This document shows, piece by piece, positions 59,660 to 64,000 of a stretch of 64,000 nucleotides of DNA (positions are counted from its first letter, which is position 1; each line of letters starts with the position of its first letter). The stretch comes from an uncultured Lachnospiraceae bacterium. Lineage in GTDB: Bacteria; Bacillota; Clostridia; Oscillospirales; CAG-272. The DNA is taken from positions 12,917 through 76,916 of the forward strand of contig CAZBAR010000004.1 of NCBI GenBank assembly GCA_964490165.1, written 5' to 3'. A model generated the notes under the pieces. It made no database searches. It worked only from the letters and a program-made list of their open reading frames with translations, and was not told where the DNA came from. The position numbers and the translations under genes were made by a program.

Positions 59660-61140
59660 GAGTTCTTTCTCCTTACCCATACTGCCGTACCGCAAACTGC
59701 GATAAGTGCGGGGACGGCGGTAACAAGCGCTACCGTCCATCTGTTTGCCTCAGCTGTGGTAATGTCAAGGTCGGTATTATCAAGCACCTTGAAGTCTATA
59801 TCGGCAAGAATTCGCTCGCGGCCTGTAATGCGCATTGCACTGTACAGGATATCGCTGTTGGCGTATGCATTCGCAAGCAGATATTCGCTGTTGTTGTAGT
59901 CTGCGCTGCCGCAAACCAAAACATAGGAGTAATAGTAATCATTGTCCACTATTCTTGTCTCTCTTGTGAGAACCATAAGAGGCACGCCTGCTGCATCAAT
60001 CTCCTCGCCGTTCTTTACGGCAACGGCGCTGTCATGGGTGCTGAGTACGGGAGTGCAGTCCTTTACGCCGTCAAGAGCGTCGTCTCTTTCCCAAAGCATC
60101 TGAAGGGGCATAGCGTTTTTGAGAATGGTTTTGGGCTTGGTGTCCAGTTTCGAGATATCAAGGTAGAGGGAAGAGCCGAGACCTTCCTCCTCGTAAGCTG
60201 CTACAACGCTGCGTCCGTCAACAGATACGGAGTTTTTATTGTCCTTTATATATGTGTCGGGCACAAAGGCAATGCCCCATTCCGTAAGAAACTCGCTGAG
60301 GTTCGTAAGCTTTGCCGCGCGTTCGGGAGCGACAAAGACCATAAGGCAGCCGTAGTCGTCTAAAAATGCGTCAAGCTTGTCTATCTCATTGGCACTGTCG
60401 TCTTCGGTGTTAAGACCGCCGAAATCGTAAATAGGGTCGTTTATAATAACGATACGGGTATCCTCAGGCAGATCCTCAGATGTCAGATCTACGCCTTTGA
60501 CATTGTATCCGGCTGAGGCGAAAAGATTTACCAGGGCAGATGCATTTTCTCCGACGGTCTCACCGTGAGAGGTGGTAAAGCATACGGTGGGCATTTCCGA
60601 TGCCGTCATAGACAGTATGGCAGAGACTATGCGGTATTCGCCCTGATAAGCCCAGATATTTCCGTCCTCGTTGGTGATAAAGAAGGACTCAATGCTGAAC
60701 AGTCTGAATTCGTTGCTTGCCGCAACGATCACAGAGGTGGTTTTTATATCCTCTGCTGCGGTGGTGTAATAATCCTTGTAAAATCCGGGGTTTTTGATTA
60801 TATCTATGCATTTAACGTTTACAAAATCAAAGGTGTTCTGCATTTCAAGAGCAGTCTGATACACATAGAAAAGAAAGGGGCTTGCGGAGGCTATTCTGTC
60901 TGCCTCAACGGTGAAATAAATATTTATTTCGTCCTCGGTATCGTGAAGAAGCTCTTTTGTCGCGTCGGAGAGGGAGAATACCTGACCTTCAGACATATCA
61001 AGATACCATCTGAAGTGGCTGCCCAGTGCGGAAACTGCAATATTTATAACTATAACAAGCGCTATGAACAGTGCAACAAGCGCGCCGGAGAGGGCAGTGT
61101 ATTTTCTCTTTCGGGAGTTGTACATTTTACTTTTTTTCAT
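59656..61140 (-). CDS. GldG-like ABC-transporter auxiliary protein (ABC-type uncharacterized transport system)
   Basis: 494 aa with N- and C-terminal TM anchors around a large extracytoplasmic domain. It follows the ABC-2 permease and ATPase genes. Confidence 0.7.
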   Translation of the reverse strand: MKKSKMYNSRKRKYTALSGALVALFIALVIVINIAVSALGSHFRWYLDMSEGQVFSLSDATKELLHDTEDEINIYFTVEADRIASASPFLFYVYQTALEMQNTFDFVNVKCIDIIKNPGFYKDYYTTAAEDIKTTSVIVAASNEFRLFSIESFFITNEDGNIWAYQGEYRIVSAILSMTASEMPTVCFTTSHGETVGENASALVNLFASAGYNVKGVDLTSEDLPEDTRIVIINDPIYDFGGLNTEDDSANEIDKLDAFLDDYGCLMVFVAPERAAKLTNLSEFLTEWGIAFVPDTYIKDNKNSVSVDGRSVVAAYEEEGLGSSLYLDISKLDTKPKTILKNAMPLQMLWERDDALDGVKDCTPVLSTHDSAVAVKNGEEIDAAGVPLMVLTRETRIVDNDYYYSYVLVCGSADYNNSEYLLANAYANSDILYSAMRITGRERILADIDFKVLDNTDLDITTAEANRWTVALVTAVPALIAVCGTAVWVRRKNS

Positions 61141-61155
61141 ACTTATCCGACCTCC

Positions 61156-61860
61156 TTATGCGTATCTGCGCTTTTCATATACGCGCTCACAGAGAAACAG
61201 GAATACTGCGCAAATAGAAATATAATAAACAGCAGCGGGAATATCAAAAATTCCGTAGGTAAAGTTTGAAAAACGTGAGTATATGGATATCCAGCTCAGC
61301 ACCACGCGCACGGCGTAGATATCAATAACTCCGTTAAGGATAGATGTTACCATAAGTCCCGCCAGAACGGCAATGGTGGATATTGCCGCAACAAACTGGT
61401 TCTCCGTAAGAGAGGACATAAAAAGTCCTATAGCGATAAAGCATATGCCGATAAATATCATACCGGCCGTGCAGCCGATGACCTTTGCCCAGTTAGGCTC
61501 GCCGTAAATGCCCAAGGTTACAAATGCAAGGCTTGACAGCACTATAGTGCCGAGAAACATTGTAAGTGCTGCAAGAAACTTTGCGGCTACCATGCTCCAA
61601 AGGCTTACGGGCGAGGTCAGCAGCAGCTGCTCTGTGTGCGACTTCTTTTCTTCTGCAAAGGATTTCATCGTAAGCAGGGGAATTATTATTATATACGCGT
61701 ACATCAGAAGCTGAAAGTACGTTGCCACATCGGAGGACTGCATCTGCAAGGTGCAAAAGCTGTAAAGAAAGCCAGCCGCCACAAGAAATGTTGCGGCGAA
61801 GATGTAGCCGATGGGGGTTGTAAAGTAAGAGCGCATCTCGCGCTTATATATTGCTGTCAT
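61156..61860 (-). CDS. ABC-2 permease (GldF-like)
   Basis: MTAIYKREMRSYFTTPIGYIFAATFLVAAGF, six predicted helices. Confidence 0.8.
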   Translation of the reverse strand: MTAIYKREMRSYFTTPIGYIFAATFLVAAGFLYSFCTLQMQSSDVATYFQLLMYAYIIIIPLLTMKSFAEEKKSHTEQLLLTSPVSLWSMVAAKFLAALTMFLGTIVLSSLAFVTLGIYGEPNWAKVIGCTAGMIFIGICFIAIGLFMSSLTENQFVAAISTIAVLAGLMVTSILNGVIDIYAVRVVLSWISIYSRFSNFTYGIFDIPAAVYYISICAVFLFLCERVYEKRRYA

Positions 61861-62819
61861 TTTGCGCTACCTCCGTTTTTTGTTTTGCGCTCGCCCTGAT
61901 CCGTAAGCTTTATAAATACGTCCTCAAGGCTCACGCCCTCTTCTTCAAGACCGATAATCGCCCAGCCTTTTTCAGCCATTGCAAAAAACAGATTTTTCCG
62001 TGCGTCGGATCCTGTCACTTCTATGTGATATACAAAGCAGTCGCGCTCTCTGTCGCTGGATACCTCGGCATGGCAGATGCCGTCGACTGCCCGAAGCACT
62101 TCAAGGACCTCGCGCTGAGGACCGCTTATTTTAACGCGGTAGCGCGCATTTTCATTTATTGTGCGTGTAATGCTGTCGGTTCTTTCGTCGGCGAGTATTT
62201 TGCCGTCGTTGATTATAACGATGCGGTCGCAAACAGACTGTACTTCTGAAAGAATGTGGGTTGAAAGTATAACCGTGTGGTCTCGTCCGAGAGTACGTAT
62301 AAGGTTTCTGACCTCTATTATCTGCTTCGGGTCAAGACCTACCGTAGGCTCATCGAATATAAGCACCTTAGGGTTGCCGATAAGAGCCTGAGCAATGCCG
62401 ACGCGCTGACGGTATCCCTTTGAAAGATTTTTTATAAGCCTGCCGCCCACGCTTGAAAGGCGGCACACCTTCATTATCTCCTCCAAATGCTTTTTGCGGT
62501 TGAGCTTGCAGCCCTTAAGCTCGTATACAAAGCTGAGGTATTCCAGCACCTTCATATCTGTATACAGGGGCGGCTGCTCGGGCAAAAAGCCTATAAGCTT
62601 TTTTGCCTCGTCAGGCTTTTCCATAATGTCCACTCCGCCTATCTTTACCGAGCCGGAGTTTGCGGACAGATAGCCTGTCATAATATTCATGGTAGTAGAT
62701 TTTCCCGCTCCGTTAGGTCCGAGAAAACCGAGTATTTCTTTTTCACCTACCGTAAAAGAGACGCCGTCCAGCGCAATGTTTGAGCCGTACACCTTTACGA
62801 GATCAGATACTTCGATCAT
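61857..62819 (-). CDS. ABC transporter ATP-binding protein (GldA-like)
   Basis: Walker A GPNGAGKST, signature LSKGYRQRVGIAQAL, Walker B VLIFDEPTVGLD. 4-nt overlap with the permease gene. Confidence 0.88.
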   Translation of the reverse strand: MIEVSDLVKVYGSNIALDGVSFTVGEKEILGFLGPNGAGKSTTMNIMTGYLSANSGSVKIGGVDIMEKPDEAKKLIGFLPEQPPLYTDMKVLEYLSFVYELKGCKLNRKKHLEEIMKVCRLSSVGGRLIKNLSKGYRQRVGIAQALIGNPKVLIFDEPTVGLDPKQIIEVRNLIRTLGRDHTVILSTHILSEVQSVCDRIVIINDGKILADERTDSITRTINENARYRVKISGPQREVLEVLRAVDGICHAEVSSDRERDCFVYHIEVTGSDARKNLFFAMAEKGWAIIGLEEEGVSLEDVFIKLTDQGERKTKNGGSAK

Positions 62820-62986
62820 CGATCATTTCCGTCCTTTTCTGTCGGGGTGTCCCGACGGAATAAATAATTTTCTACAATTAAATATTTTACCATAAATCTC
62901 TTGTATTTGTATAGACAAATAATTAAATTTTCAAGATTTTCACTAAAAAGCAGAAAAAAGAGTGTACAGCATACGCTGCACACTCT

Positions 62987-63211
62987 CAAACTGTCGAAAA
63001 AGTCCACAGAAATAGCAAAATGCACAAAAGGGATTTCGCTCTCTGAGGAGAGCGACCAGAGGTTCCCTCTGGACTCCGGTGCGGCTTAGGCTTTTCGCCC
63101 TCTGCGGAGGGCGATTTAGGGCGTTGCCCTAAAAACCCACAAGCTTTTGAAAAAGCTTGACCAAAACTTTTAGTCATTTTGCTACAGACATTTAGTTTTT
63201 CGACAGTCTGT
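62987..63211 (-). repeat. intergenic multi-hairpin repeat family A, full copy 2 (inverted relative to copy 1)
   Basis: Ends CTGTCGAAAAA (62991) and TTTTTCGACAG (63196). The reverse complement aligns end to end with 53495..53719. Flanked by hairpins at 62959..62986 and 63212..63235. Confidence 0.75.
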
Positions 63212-63261
63212 AGAGAGCTGCATATGCAGCTCTCTATTCAATCTGTTGACAAAGCTAAATA

Positions 63262-64000
63262 TCAGAAAAACGAAAGCTGATTTGTTTCGGACATTCCGTC
63301 CAGAACGCCGTTTTGAGACAGCATTTCTATAACGGATTTCGACAGCTTTCCTGCGATCTTCAAGTCCTCTATAGAGAAGATATCGGCGCTGTCGCGCGCA
63401 GTCATTATATTTTGCGCCGCGCTCTCTCCGAGTCCTCCTATAGATGCAAACGGCAGACGAATGCCGCCCTCCTCTGGCAGAAATTTTGACGCGTGCGATT
63501 TTTTCAGGTCGACCGGCAAAAAGCGGATTCCGCGAACTACTGCCTCGTTGCAAAGCTGCAAGGCACTGAAGGTTTCCTTGTCCTTTGCGGTGGCGTCCTT
63601 ACCCATGGCGGTTATTTCGTCCATTTTATCCTTTATTGCCTGCCGTCCGTGAGCGACTATGCCGGCTTCTACGCCGCCGGGTGCTGCGGTAAAATACGCC
63701 GCGTAAAACTCCTTGGGGTAGTATATCTTATACCAGCCGAGGCGCAGCGCATCAATAACATACGCTGCCGCGTGAGCCTTGGGGAACATATATTTGATCC
63801 GTTTGCAGGATTCTATGTACCAGTCCGGCACGCCTGCTTCAAGCATAGCGCTTTCATATTCGGGCTTAAGTCCCTTACCTTTTCGCACGTCCTCCATTAT
63901 TTTGAAGGACATTGCCTTGTCCATCTGGTGGTTCTGGATAAGGTACAGCATGATGTCGTCACGGCATCCTATAACGTCGGAAATAGTGCAGATGCCATCG
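63262..64000 (-). CDS. polC: DNA polymerase III PolC-type alpha subunit, C-terminal part (N-terminus beyond window)
   Basis: ..CRDDIMLYLIQNHQMDKAMSFKIMEDVRKGKGL..YIESCKRIKYMFPKAHAAAYV... The frame stays open to position 64000. Confidence 0.9.
   Translation of the reverse strand, partial: DGICTISDVIGCRDDIMLYLIQNHQMDKAMSFKIMEDVRKGKGLKPEYESAMLEAGVPDWYIESCKRIKYMFPKAHAAAYVIDALRLGWYKIYYPKEFYAAYFTAAPGGVEAGIVAHGRQAIKDKMDEITAMGKDATAKDKETFSALQLCNEAVVRGIRFLPVDLKKSHASKFLPEEGGIRLPFASIGGLGESAAQNIMTARDSADIFSIEDLKIAGKLSKSVIEMLSQNGVLDGMSETNQLSFF

Noticed and set aside
62816-63553. ORFs 62816..63025, 62901..63089, 62986..63177 and 63182..63553.
   Set aside because: They traverse the family A repeat copy or are out of frame within polC. 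The same repeat in the other orientation yields unrelated peptides, so they are not coding.

Overview
A 64-kb chromosomal window from a Firmicutes/Clostridia genome. Dockerin-bearing proteins suggest a cellulosome-producing Ruminococcus-like organism, but that is inference and cannot be verified here. Most genes are on the minus strand.

Contents in order:
- Four tandem paralogous genes for secreted proteins with an N-terminal dockerin and a DUF4838-like body (0.6-10.6 kb).
- A 2-oxoacid dehydrogenase operon ordered E2, E3, fused E1 alpha/beta.
- gpmI, ruvX, rbsK, and two DUF4091 (GH123-like) genes, one carrying a dockerin.
- A cell-wall amidase and an esterase.
- An aromatic amino acid operon: aroB-aroA-aroC-pheA-aroE/aroK-aroQ.
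- tyrS.
- A ~6.6-kb integrative mobilizable element next to tRNA-Trp. It carries a large serine recombinase, an HNH protein, xis, mobC and a relaxase.
- An amino-acid ABC transporter and icd.
- The conserved block ffs (SRP RNA)-dnaX-ybaB-recR.
- hpf, a MATE exporter, two ABC-2 exporter systems (one with GldG and DUF4340 partners), and the 3' end of polC.

Observations most worth a second look:
1. A 15-codon Phe/Tyr-rich leader ORF with tandem terminator hairpins upstream of the aro operon.
2. Two families of ~200-280-bp multi-hairpin, inverted-repeat-bounded intergenic elements. One copy duplicates the hpf terminator hairpin exactly, and copies differ by compensatory stem changes.
3. A protein-like ORF with a strong Shine-Dalgarno (SD) site embedded out of frame inside the relaxase gene.
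4. An AT-rich cargo pair on the mobile element: a membrane protein with a GAF-like domain and a small HTH protein.
5. A recombinase ORF that appears to read across the element/chromosome junction.

All calls rest on hand translation, motif recognition and visual repeat comparison. No database search or folding program was run.
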